64,000 nucleotides of DNA, from contig CALVNT010000037.1 of the NCBI GenBank assembly GCA_944349925.1, forward strand, positions 871 to 64,870, written 5' to 3'. The DNA is from an uncultured Clostridia bacterium (GTDB lineage: Bacteria; Bacillota; Clostridia; Christensenellales; UBA1242). The notes under the pieces are model-generated. The model made no database searches. It was not told the origin of the DNA and saw nothing but the letters and a program-made list of their open reading frames with translations. A program made the translations under genes and the position numbers. Of the stretch, positions 9,481 to 17,748 are shown one piece after another; position 1 is the stretch's first letter; every line of letters starts with the position of its first letter.

Positions 9481-9983
9481 GTTTGTATATCTTGCCAATT
9501 CTTTTTCTCTTTATTTTTTTATATGCACATGCAAAAAAAGTAAACTGCTATGATACATTTATTAACGGAGCAAAAAAATCTATACCTCTTGTTGTAGATA
9601 TTTTTCCCTATATTGCTGCAATAATGATTGCAGTTTCTTTGCTTAGGACAAGCGGAATAACTAGTTTGCTTGCAGACTTTACAAGTCCAATTTTTAATCT
9701 TTTAGGTATTCCTACCGAACTTATCGAGTTGGTACTTTTGCGACCATTTACCGGTTCAGGAAGTTATGCACTTTTAAATGACGTGCTTTTAACTTATGGT
9801 GCAGATAGTTATATTTCAAGATGTGCGTGTGTAATTTTAGGCTGTAGCGAAACTATTTTTTATGTAACAACAATTTATATGTCTCAAACAAAAGTAAAAA
9901 AACTCTTGTATGCAATTCCTGTGGCTTTAATTTGCTCTATAGTAGGCTCAATACTAGCCTGCCTTCTTTGCAAAATAATGTAA
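9477..9983 (+). CDS. spmB: spore maturation protein B-like membrane protein
   Basis: 168-aa hydrophobic ORF overlapping the spmA stop by 4 nt; LLRPFTGSG motif. Confidence 0.65.
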   Translation: MSLYILPILFLFIFLYAHAKKVNCYDTFINGAKKSIPLVVDIFPYIAAIMIAVSLLRTSGITSLLADFTSPIFNLLGIPTELIELVLLRPFTGSGSYALLNDVLLTYGADSYISRCACVILGCSETIFYVTTIYMSQTKVKKLLYAIPVALICSIVGSILACLLCKIM

Positions 9984-9999
9984 AAAAAGAATTGTGCTT

Positions 10000-11571
10000 T
10001 TAACACAATTCTGCTAGTTCATTTATTTCTTTCTCGACATCTAGTCTTGGGAACAAAATTGAAATGTCCTCAACTTTTTGACCGGATTTTAAGTTTGTAA
10101 AATTATCAAGACCTTCAAACTCACTGTTTTTTATCCCCAGAGCATTTAAAACTTTTTGCGCTTTTTCTGGCATAAATGGTTCGAGAAACTCAGAGCCTAA
10201 TCTTATACATTCTAGCAAAGTTCTTAAAATCGCTTTTAATTCATCTTGCCTATTTTCATCTTTGGCAACTGCCCAAGGTTGAGCAAGTTGAATATAAGTA
10301 TTTGCCTCTGAGAAAATGTTAAATATAGACGTTATTGCTTTTGAGACATCGTAAACTTCCATGTATTTAATAACATTTTCTTTTTCTTTCAACGCCTTAT
10401 TTTGAAGAGCAATTTCATTTTCTCCATATTGTTTTGCTTCTGGAATAATAAGGTTGAAATATTTTTTTAACATTGAAAAAGTTCTAGATACTAAGTTTCC
10501 AAAATTATTACATAAATCCGAATTATATCTATTTAAAAATGCTTCTGTAGAGTAATTTCCATCTGAACCAAAAGGAATTTCTCTCAGCAAATAATATCTT
10601 ACTGCATCTGCGCTATAACGTGGGACCAAAATTCTTGGATCCGTGCATTCAACCGTATTTAATTTTTTGCTTTTAGAAAGCTTGTCTCCTCCTAGTAATA
10701 ACCAGCCATGTCCGAAAATTTGTTTTGGCAAAGGAAGATCTAGCGCCATTAAAATTGCCGGCCAGATGATAGCATGAAAACGCACAATGTCCTTACCTAT
10801 TAAATGTAGATCTGCAGGCCAATATTTTTTAAACATACTATCATTTTCTGATAAATATCCTAAACCAGTAATATAGTTTGAAAGGGCATCTATCCAAACA
10901 TAAATAGTATGCTTTTGATCAAAATCAACTGAGATTCCCCATTTTACGCTTGTTCGACTAACGCACAAATCTTCAAGCCCTGGTTTTATAAAGTTGTTAA
11001 CCATTTCGTTAACTCTACTGCTTGGTAGTAAAAATTCTGGATTGTCTTTGTAAAGTTTTAAAAGTTTATTGGAAAATTCAGAAAGCTTAAAAAAGTATGC
11101 TTCTTCCTCTTGTTCATGAACTTCTCTGCCACAATCTGGACATTTGCCATCAATTAGTTGACTTTGAGTCCAAAAAGATTCACAAGGCAAGCAATAAAGA
11201 CCTTTGTATGTTGATTTGTATATATAACCCTTTTCATATAATTTATTAAAAATTTTCTTTACTGCTAAAACATGGTCATTATCTGTTGTTCTTATAAATT
11301 TGTCGTAATTGACATTTAACATTTTCCATAAATTTTGTGTATCTAAAACAATATCGTCCAAATGTTGTTTTACATCTTTCCCTGATTTTTTTGCCGCTTC
11401 AAAAATTTTTTGTCCATGTTCATCAGTTCCTGTCATGTAAAAAACATCTTTGCCTTGTTTCTTTTTAAATCTAGCAATTGTGTCTGCTATGATAGTGGTG
11501 TAACAATTTCCAATAGTCAATTTAGAACTTGGATAATAAATTGGCGTAGTAATATAAAATTTTTCTTTCAT
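10000..11571 (-). CDS. metG: methionine--tRNA ligase (short form) with degenerate HIGH motif
   Basis: FYITTPIYYPSSKLTIGNCYTT aligns with Firmicute MetRS ..GKLHIGHAYTT. Also TGTDEHGQKI and KLSKS (KMSKS). Start at MKEKFY after the AGGAGAA SD. Confidence 0.9.
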   Translation of the reverse strand: MKEKFYITTPIYYPSSKLTIGNCYTTIIADTIARFKKKQGKDVFYMTGTDEHGQKIFEAAKKSGKDVKQHLDDIVLDTQNLWKMLNVNYDKFIRTTDNDHVLAVKKIFNKLYEKGYIYKSTYKGLYCLPCESFWTQSQLIDGKCPDCGREVHEQEEEAYFFKLSEFSNKLLKLYKDNPEFLLPSSRVNEMVNNFIKPGLEDLCVSRTSVKWGISVDFDQKHTIYVWIDALSNYITGLGYLSENDSMFKKYWPADLHLIGKDIVRFHAIIWPAILMALDLPLPKQIFGHGWLLLGGDKLSKSKKLNTVECTDPRILVPRYSADAVRYYLLREIPFGSDGNYSTEAFLNRYNSDLCNNFGNLVSRTFSMLKKYFNLIIPEAKQYGENEIALQNKALKEKENVIKYMEVYDVSKAITSIFNIFSEANTYIQLAQPWAVAKDENRQDELKAILRTLLECIRLGSEFLEPFMPEKAQKVLNALGIKNSEFEGLDNFTNLKSGQKVEDISILFPRLDVEKEINELAELC

Positions 11572-11592
11572 TTTTATTCTCCTAGTTAACAA

Positions 11593-11621
11593 ATTTTATA
11601 ATAGCGCAAAAATTTTGTCAA
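11593..11621 (-). promoter_or_regulatory. metG promoter
   Basis: Minus strand reads TTGACA-17 nt-TAAAAT, about 20 nt upstream of the SD. Confidence 0.6.
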
Positions 11622-11716
11622 GCAAAATAAAATATTTGACAAAACACGCGTTTTTTCAAGCAATTTGACATGTTTTCTATAATAATTTTCATCTAGCAAA
11701 ATGTTAAAATGAAAAT

Positions 11717-11866
11717 GTGAAAAATCGTATTTTCTTGATTGTGGGTATAGCACTTTTTTGCTTATGCGTTTGGATGATGAGCGTACTTGCTCTAAAATCA
11801 TCTTCGACCGCTATTGTAGCTGAGCCCGCTTTTCTTAGACAAATTTTTACAAATTTCTTTTTGTAA
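11717..11866 (+). CDS. candidate unannotated small membrane protein (49 aa, GTG start)
   Basis: (V/M)KNRIFLIVGIALFCLCVWMMSVLALKSSSTAIVAEPAFLRQIFTNFFL has one clear TM helix. TGtTAAAAT (11702-11710) lies 6 nt before the GTG. The patch is locally more GC-rich than its surroundings. Confidence 0.3.
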   Translation: MKNRIFLIVGIALFCLCVWMMSVLALKSSSTAIVAEPAFLRQIFTNFFL

Positions 11867-11867
11867 A

Positions 11868-11896
11868 TTGATTTTTTTATTTGTTTGTGCTAAAAT
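11868..11896 (+). promoter_or_regulatory. promoter of the MBL-fold gene, TTGATT-17-(TGc)TAAAAT; ATG begins 7 nt after the -10
   Basis: -35 at 11868-11873, TG at 11888-11889, -10 at 11891-11896, ATG at 11903, no SD. The -10 is embedded in the 16-bp palindrome TGCTAAAATTTTAGCA. Confidence 0.55.
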
Positions 11897-11902
11897 TTTA
11901 GC

Positions 11903-12685
11903 ATGCGTATTGTTAATTTGAGTTCTGGAAGCGATGGCAATGCCACTTTTATAGAAACCAACCATACAAAAATTTTGATAGACAATGGAATAACTGCTTC
12001 ACAAACGATTGAAAAATTAAAAATTTTAGGTGTCAATCCAAGCGAAATTGAAGCTATTTTAGTTTCGCATGAACATAGTGATCATGTAAAAGGGATAGAC
12101 GTGTTTGCAAGTAAATTTGATATTCCTATTTTTGCGCATGATGATGTTTGGACTGGTCTAAACGAAAAACTAAAGAAAATTTCATTAAAAAATAGAATGT
12201 CTTTTGATGGCTGTTTCGAATTTAAAGATTTATATATATCACCTGTTAGTCTTCCTCATGATGTACCATGTTACGGTTTTTCTTTACAAGAAGGCGACAA
12301 AAAAATGTCTATTGTCACAGATCTAGGACATTTTAACGATAAAATACTGTCAAATCTCATGGGCAGTCGAATAATTTATTTAGAAGCAAATTATGATAGG
12401 GACTTATTATATAAAGGCACAAAATATCCTTTGTCACTAAAACGACGAATTGATGGACCAAATGGTCACCTTTCTAATATAGATAGCGCTGATGCACTTG
12501 AAAGACTTGCTTACGGCGGGACAAGACAATTCGTTCTTTCTCATTTAAGTAAAGAAAATAATTCTCCATCTTTAGCCTATTCAACAACTTGCAACTTTTT
12601 ACAAAAAGACGGAATAGAAGAAGGAAGAGATGTAAAAATTGACGTTGCGACTACAGAAATTGGAACAATTTTTAGATTAAAATAG
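11903..12685 (+). CDS. MBL-fold metallo-hydrolase (YycJ/WalJ-like)
   Basis: MRIVNLSSGSDGNATFIE.. N-terminus and HEHSDH metal-binding motif. Confidence 0.85.
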   Translation: MRIVNLSSGSDGNATFIETNHTKILIDNGITASQTIEKLKILGVNPSEIEAILVSHEHSDHVKGIDVFASKFDIPIFAHDDVWTGLNEKLKKISLKNRMSFDGCFEFKDLYISPVSLPHDVPCYGFSLQEGDKKMSIVTDLGHFNDKILSNLMGSRIIYLEANYDRDLLYKGTKYPLSLKRRIDGPNGHLSNIDSADALERLAYGGTRQFVLSHLSKENNSPSLAYSTTCNFLQKDGIEEGRDVKIDVATTEIGTIFRLK

Positions 12686-12747
12686 CCAAAAATTTGCATA
12701 AAACATATAAAATAACTGTGTTTTATGCTATTTTTTTAAATTTGCTA

Positions 12748-12776
12748 TTGAAAAATAAACAAAAAGGTGCTAAAAT
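12748..12776 (+). promoter_or_regulatory. promoter TTGAAA-17-(TGc)TAAAAT for the 12812 gene
   Basis: Consensus-like hexamers; here followed by a ~30 nt leader with a GGAGGG SD. Confidence 0.55.
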
Positions 12777-12811
12777 ATAATAGAAATTATAGAAATGTTT
12801 TGGAGGGATAT

Positions 12812-14503
12812 ATGAAAGTTAATTTAAAGGAATTCTTAACAACTTTATTTAATAACCCAAAAGAAATTGATGCAAAAGCAAAAGAATTGTTGTGCCCAGA
12901 TGTAAAAAACTATGCTTGCACATATGATATGCTTTCCTTTCTAAATGAGCCTCGCGCAACAGAAAAACTAGATGATTTTGTTTATTTTGTAAAGAAAAAT
13001 AATAATTCAACTAACATTGCCGAAGAAAACTTTTTGACAGAAAAGGATATCAATGCCATTAAAAGCATAAAAGATTCTAAAGCTCTTTTGCAAAAAATAG
13101 TTTATTTGTCTGGGTTAAACAAAATTGATTTGCCAGAAAAATTTGTTACAAATTTTCAAAATTTGTCAGCAAATACCGATTCCCTAACGGATTTACTTTT
13201 GGCTTCAGTTTTAGTAAATAAGATTACAACATCTAAAACCGATGCTTTTGATCAAATAATCGTTGAGGTTTTTTCATGCTTAGCCGAAAAATCTTCAAAA
13301 CCAGTTTTGAAGGAAAATATTTTAAATATTTTAGAGAAAACCAACTCAGAATGGAAAGTTGAAGCAGAAGAAATTTTAAAACAGTATGCTATATTTTCTG
13401 AATTAACATATACATCAAATCAAGCAACTTATTCCCGAACTGGAGTTACGAAAAAATCTAGAAATAGTATGTTTTATTTTGATGAAATCGCCAATAATAA
13501 ATCGCTAATTCAGTCATATGAAGAGATTGAAGATGTTTCAATTGAAGATGCTATAAAAAATTTTGATATGGCAGAAAATTCTAATTACATTGCTTATGCA
13601 ATAAAAATGATTGAAAAAACAATAAAAGCAAAAAGAGTTTGTGTGGGTTATGAAGTTTTTGCTTCTGAAGCAGTATTCTTAACACTTTGCGAGTTGTATG
13701 GCAAAGAAATAAACTCAGATTTATTGTTCGCTTTTGTAAATCCATTAACTGAAGGCTTACGAACAAACGGAGCTTTTGAAAACAACTTAGAAGAAATAAA
13801 ACAAATTGCTAAAGATATTTCAGGCAAAGAAATAAACTTTTTGAAAGATGTTGCTAGCGAAGATTCTTTAAAGATAACAGAAGACAGTGAGGATTCTTTT
13901 GAGATAACAAAAGACGAAGATGAAACAAAAAAAGGTCTTGCAACTGGTCCTATGCCCAAATTAGTAACTTCTTTTATAAAAGATGTAACTATGCCAAAGA
14001 CCTTAACTTGTGGCAATATTCTTGGAAAAGCGAAAGAAATTGTGGGGTACCACGGAATGTTTATAAATGGTGTTGGAAAGAAAAAATCTAAAAAAATTAC
14101 ACCAGAGCAAAAAGAAACGGCCAATAAATTTAATGCAGTGATTCTTGCAGCAGATAAACCAGTAACAAAATACATCACAAAAAAATCTGCTATAAAATTT
14201 ACAAAAGATGCAAAATACGATAATCTAGTTCAAAATTTCGCAGAAATTTTATTTCAAATTTACGAAAAATATCAAAATCAACGACTTGAGCTTGAAAAAT
14301 TAGAAGATAAGATTCAAAAATCAATAGACCCTGTAGAGAAACAAAAACTTATCGACAAATTTAACAAGAAAAAAGAAGAATATAAAAACAACATTAAAAC
14401 AACTTCTTTGAAAAAAGAATTAAAGAAAGCACTAAGAGAAGAGTTTTATAGAAAAAACATAAGTGATGATTATGCTGATGAAGCAGAAAGCAAGGGTATA
14501 TAA
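12812..14503 (+). CDS. hypothetical protein (563 aa, acidic/Lys-rich)
   Basis: Long ORF. Start moved from the track GTG 12767 to ATG 12812, which follows GGAGGG. No recognisable motifs. Confidence 0.6.
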   Translation: MKVNLKEFLTTLFNNPKEIDAKAKELLCPDVKNYACTYDMLSFLNEPRATEKLDDFVYFVKKNNNSTNIAEENFLTEKDINAIKSIKDSKALLQKIVYLSGLNKIDLPEKFVTNFQNLSANTDSLTDLLLASVLVNKITTSKTDAFDQIIVEVFSCLAEKSSKPVLKENILNILEKTNSEWKVEAEEILKQYAIFSELTYTSNQATYSRTGVTKKSRNSMFYFDEIANNKSLIQSYEEIEDVSIEDAIKNFDMAENSNYIAYAIKMIEKTIKAKRVCVGYEVFASEAVFLTLCELYGKEINSDLLFAFVNPLTEGLRTNGAFENNLEEIKQIAKDISGKEINFLKDVASEDSLKITEDSEDSFEITKDEDETKKGLATGPMPKLVTSFIKDVTMPKTLTCGNILGKAKEIVGYHGMFINGVGKKKSKKITPEQKETANKFNAVILAADKPVTKYITKKSAIKFTKDAKYDNLVQNFAEILFQIYEKYQNQRLELEKLEDKIQKSIDPVEKQKLIDKFNKKKEEYKNNIKTTSLKKELKKALREEFYRKNISDDYADEAESKGI

Positions 14504-14530
14504 GATATAAAGACTTTAGATTAAAATATA

Positions 14531-14558
14531 AAAGGCAAGTTATAATCTTGCCTTTTTT
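14531..14558. terminator. bidirectional terminator (end of the 12812 gene and of the tRNA pair)
   Basis: AAGGCAAG-7 nt-CTTGCCTT hairpin followed by TTTT. Confidence 0.7.
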
Positions 14559-14632
14559 GGTCGAGGTGGTGGGATTTGAACCCACGACCTTATGGTCCCG
14601 AAACATACGCGCTACACCTGCGATACGCCTCG
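14558..14632 (-). tRNA. tRNA-Pro(CGG), with three non-Watson-Crick stem positions
   Basis: Reverse complement CGAGGCGTATCGCAGGTGTAGCGCGTATGTTTCGGGACCATAAGGTCGTGGGTTCAAATCCCACCACCTCGACCA. Cloverleaf with anticodon loop TTCGGGA and encoded CCA. Mismatches at 6:67 (C/A), 10:25 (U/C) and 31:39 (U/C). Confidence 0.75.
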
Positions 14633-14725
14633 GTTATATTTCATTTTTTTATCTAAATTCAACATTAGAACAAAAAAACTATTTACTTAATAAAATCAAA
14701 TTTAAACAAAAAATAGCTATTATCT

Positions 14726-14799
14726 TGGAGCAGGCAACGGGAATCGGACCCGCGAATTATGCTTGGGAAGCACACATTTTACCACTAAATTATGCCTGC
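14726..14799 (-). tRNA. tRNA-Gly(CCC)
   Basis: Reverse complement GCAGGCATAATTTAGTGGTAAAATGTGTGCTTCCCAAGCATAATTCGCGGGTCCGATTCCCGTTGCCTGCTCCA. Anticodon loop TTCCCAA. T-loop reads TCCGATT (C at position 55). Confidence 0.8.
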
Positions 14800-14842
14800 A
14801 AATTCTTATGTATTATAACTTATTTCTAAAAAAAATCAAAAT

Positions 14843-14870
14843 AAAACGCTAAAACTAGCGTTTTATTTTT
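14843..14870. terminator. bidirectional terminator
   Basis: AAAACGCTA-4 nt-TAGCGTTTT hairpin followed by a T-run. Confidence 0.65.
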
Positions 14871-15063
14871 AATTTTCTCTAGATTTACAAACAGTATCCG
14901 TAAATTCTATTGTAGAAAGGTTAGACGCTAAAGATTGAAAGAAAGTTCTCATAAGACATACTTCTCTCGGCGTTAGTTTACAAGACAAATATATTGCTAT
15001 GCTCCCAGCAAGAGCGACCATTTCTTTCCCAGAAAGTTCTAAACCTTTTTCTTCTTTTGCCAT
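14869..15063 (-). CDS. small hypothetical protein (64 aa)
   Basis: MAKEEKGLELSGKEMVALAGSIAIYLSCKLTPREVCLMRTFFQSLASNLSTIEF.. resembles small conserved clostridial proteins of unknown function. No SD; TAAGAT-TATAAT-ATG lies upstream. Confidence 0.5.
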   Translation of the reverse strand: MAKEEKGLELSGKEMVALAGSIAIYLSCKLTPREVCLMRTFFQSLASNLSTIEFTDTVCKSREN

Positions 15064-15102
15064 ATTATAATCTTATTCAAAAATCAAATATATTGTTAAA
15101 AT

Positions 15103-16734
15103 TTAGATCTCTTGTATTTTTGCTAGTCTTTCTCTAGTTTCTTCTTCACCAAGTGCGTCTATAATATAGTAAAGAGACGGCCCGCTTTCCTGACCAGTAA
15201 TAGCATATCTTGCATACAAACAAGCTTTTGCAATATTTCCTTTATAATCTTGTGGATTTTGTTTATACAATTTATTGTCAATGGCAAAACCATTTTCTCC
15301 TGCCACTTTTTTTATGTGTTCAAACCATTCTTCATTTGATTTAGGCATAACAAAACTTTCAAGATAAACTTTTATAAATTCTTTAAAATTTTCATCTAAA
15401 TTGTTTATTTGTGGCCTATCAAAAGCATATACAAAATATGATTTCATCATTTTATAATTAAAAATATCTTTTCGTGGTTTAATACAATTATCTCTTTCCA
15501 TAGAGCACAATTTAATAAACTTTTCTTTTTGCCGTTCTAGCAATTGAGAAAGTGGCAAATCAAATTCTTTTGCCCAATTTAACCAATTTTGGTACAGTCT
15601 TTCTCCGCTTTGAAAAGCAATAACATTCTTTGCAATATCGTTTAGTTTTATTAAATCAAAAACAGGTGCCACTGTAGTTATATCTTTTATACCGAACTTA
15701 TATTCGCTCCAAGGTAAATCTGGATTCTGTTTACGCCAAATTTCAAAACCAGAGTTTATCAAGTTTAAAAGATATTCTAAAACACTTTCTATAGGATAAC
15801 CTTCACTGAAATAATATCGCATATCTGCTTCGGGGTCTTTGCGTTTTGAAATTTTGCGTTTACTACCACTCTCATCAATTTTCCAAATCAATGGGTTATG
15901 GCAGTAACAAATTGGCTTAAATCCCAGTGCTTCAAACAATTCGATGTGCATAGGTGTTGAAGAGATATACTCTTCCCCTCTTACAACAATTGTTGTACCC
16001 ATCAAAGTGTCATCTATTGCGTGAGCAAATGCGTATGGAGGCACTCCATCATTTTTCAAAAGAATAAAATCTTTACTATTTGCTTTCGCTTCTATTTCAC
16101 CTTTTATTAAATCATAAAATTTTACTCTTTGCGAGCCATCGTTTTTAGTTTTTAAACGTATAGCAAAACTTTCGCCGTTGTCTATGTGTGTTTTTATTTC
16201 GTCAAAAGTCATATTTCTGCAAGGATCATATTCTTTTTCGTCATCTTGTTGAAATTTGCTTTCTCTAAGCTTCAAAACATCTTCTTTTCCTTCAGTTTTT
16301 TTGCAAAAGCAAGGAAAAGCTTTACCTTCTGCAACGAGTTTTTTTGCAAAAGCACGATATATGTCAACCCTTTGACTTTGTACATATGGACCATAATTTC
16401 CGACATCTTTACCATCTAGCGTTTGAAATTCATCAGGAAAAATATTAAACCTTTCAAGGACTTGATATATAACATTTTTTGCTTCTTTTATTTCCCTTTT
16501 GGAGTCTGTGTCTTCAAACCTTAAATAAAAAACTCCATCACTTTGTTTTGCAATGTTGTAACTGATAAAAGCAGGAAAGAAATTCCCTATATGCATAAAG
16601 CCGGTAGGACTTGGAGCAAACCTTGTTACTTCTTGTCCATGTTTAAGATTTCTATTTGGATATCTTTTTAAAATTTCATCAGTGCTAATTCCACCGGGGA
16701 AAATAAGTTCTGCAATTTTTTGATTGTCGTTCAT
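15103..16734 (-). CDS. gltX: glutamate--tRNA ligase
   Basis: RFAPSPTGFMHIGN (HIGH region) and KISKRK (KMSKS). Confidence 0.88.
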   Translation of the reverse strand: MNDNQKIAELIFPGGISTDEILKRYPNRNLKHGQEVTRFAPSPTGFMHIGNFFPAFISYNIAKQSDGVFYLRFEDTDSKREIKEAKNVIYQVLERFNIFPDEFQTLDGKDVGNYGPYVQSQRVDIYRAFAKKLVAEGKAFPCFCKKTEGKEDVLKLRESKFQQDDEKEYDPCRNMTFDEIKTHIDNGESFAIRLKTKNDGSQRVKFYDLIKGEIEAKANSKDFILLKNDGVPPYAFAHAIDDTLMGTTIVVRGEEYISSTPMHIELFEALGFKPICYCHNPLIWKIDESGSKRKISKRKDPEADMRYYFSEGYPIESVLEYLLNLINSGFEIWRKQNPDLPWSEYKFGIKDITTVAPVFDLIKLNDIAKNVIAFQSGERLYQNWLNWAKEFDLPLSQLLERQKEKFIKLCSMERDNCIKPRKDIFNYKMMKSYFVYAFDRPQINNLDENFKEFIKVYLESFVMPKSNEEWFEHIKKVAGENGFAIDNKLYKQNPQDYKGNIAKACLYARYAITGQESGPSLYYIIDALGEEETRERLAKIQEI

Positions 16735-16749
16735 AATTCTCCTATAAAA

Positions 16750-17748
16750 CTATTTTTCTGTAGAATAAAGATTTGATATTTGCGAAACAAAACTATCTAA
16801 TATTTTATTGCTTGCAAAATAATTTTCGATTTTTTGATAATAATTTTTAGCATCTTCAAGAGAAGCTGAATATTGATCTATATTGCCATTAAAATTAACT
16901 AATAAATTGTACATTGAAAAATTGTTTAAAGATTTTTCTAAATTAACTCTTTCTTCTTTTATTTTTTTCTCTACATCTTTTAAATTTACAAAACCTTCTT
17001 GCTTATCCGCAATACTGTCTTCAGTAATAAAGAAATATTGAACATTGTAAATCTTATTTAAAATTGAGCTAGCACTAAGATAAATTGAATTGTCTGAAAA
17101 TTTTTCTCCTTTGTATGAAGAAAGTAAAAGTTTTTGACAATCGCTGGCAATATCAAGGCGAATGCAATCTAAATATTGATTTGCCTCGTTTATTGAGATT
17201 TCGCTAAAATCTTCATTTATGATTTTAATATCATTGAGCAAAGCGTCTTTTACTGATAAAGCAAGATTGTAAATATTTTTTAAAAAATCTAAACTGTCGC
17301 TTTGGTATTTAGTTGCAAAGCCATTGTATATAAGACTTGTCGACCCTTCTTTTATTTGAACAAGATCTTCATAACTTTGTTGTGTTTTATTAAAAAATTC
17401 TACTGCTTGATCAAGATTTGACGAGATAGCCGAGTAATCATAATTTTCATTTAAATTATTAAAATTGAAATAATAATCTTGAATAAAGTCTAATGCGATT
17501 TTTGACAATAATTGACAGTTAGAATCAATTTCTTCAAATTGTCCATCATCTTTCTTTTTATTAAATTCTTTAAATTGATTGTTTTCAATAAATGATGTTT
17601 CTTGATTGATATCTGCAACAAAGCTGTCGAGTTTATTGTAAATTTCTTTTGAACTAGTTTGCTCATTGCAACCAAACATCAAGATTGCACTGAACACCAC
17701 AAGAAGAGCGCACAATACAAAAACTAAACTTTTTTTCGCTTTTATCAT
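16750..17748 (-). CDS. putative lipoprotein, function unknown
   Basis: Signal peptide with lipobox LMFGC; Asn/Tyr-rich helical body. Confidence 0.6.
   Translation of the reverse strand: MIKAKKSLVFVLCALLVVFSAILMFGCNEQTSSKEIYNKLDSFVADINQETSFIENNQFKEFNKKKDDGQFEEIDSNCQLLSKIALDFIQDYYFNFNNLNENYDYSAISSNLDQAVEFFNKTQQSYEDLVQIKEGSTSLIYNGFATKYQSDSLDFLKNIYNLALSVKDALLNDIKIINEDFSEISINEANQYLDCIRLDIASDCQKLLLSSYKGEKFSDNSIYLSASSILNKIYNVQYFFITEDSIADKQEGFVNLKDVEKKIKEERVNLEKSLNNFSMYNLLVNFNGNIDQYSASLEDAKNYYQKIENYFASNKILDSFVSQISNLYSTEK

Noticed and set aside
11586-11801. 71-aa minus-strand ORF upstream of metG
   Set aside because: It spans the metG promoter and has no SD. Its composition is implausible, and the plus-strand TM peptide or an RNA explains the region better.
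11593-11900. Possible T-box leader upstream of metG
   Set aside because: A good TTGACA-17-TAAAAT promoter sits only about 20 nt before the SD. I also could not find the conserved T-box sequence (..GGUGGUACCGCG..) or a specifier-loop architecture on the minus strand.
13648-14178. Antisense or alternative-frame ORFs nested in long genes (also 19197-19760, 27915-28391, 47653-47979, 21386-21658, 62946-63221 and others)
   Set aside because: They are fully contained within much longer, motif-supported genes on the opposite strand or in another frame. This is typical of spurious ORFs in AT-rich DNA.
14394-14829. 70-aa and 93-aa ORFs across the tRNA-Pro/tRNA-Gly region
   Set aside because: They overlap the tRNA genes and terminators and have no SD.
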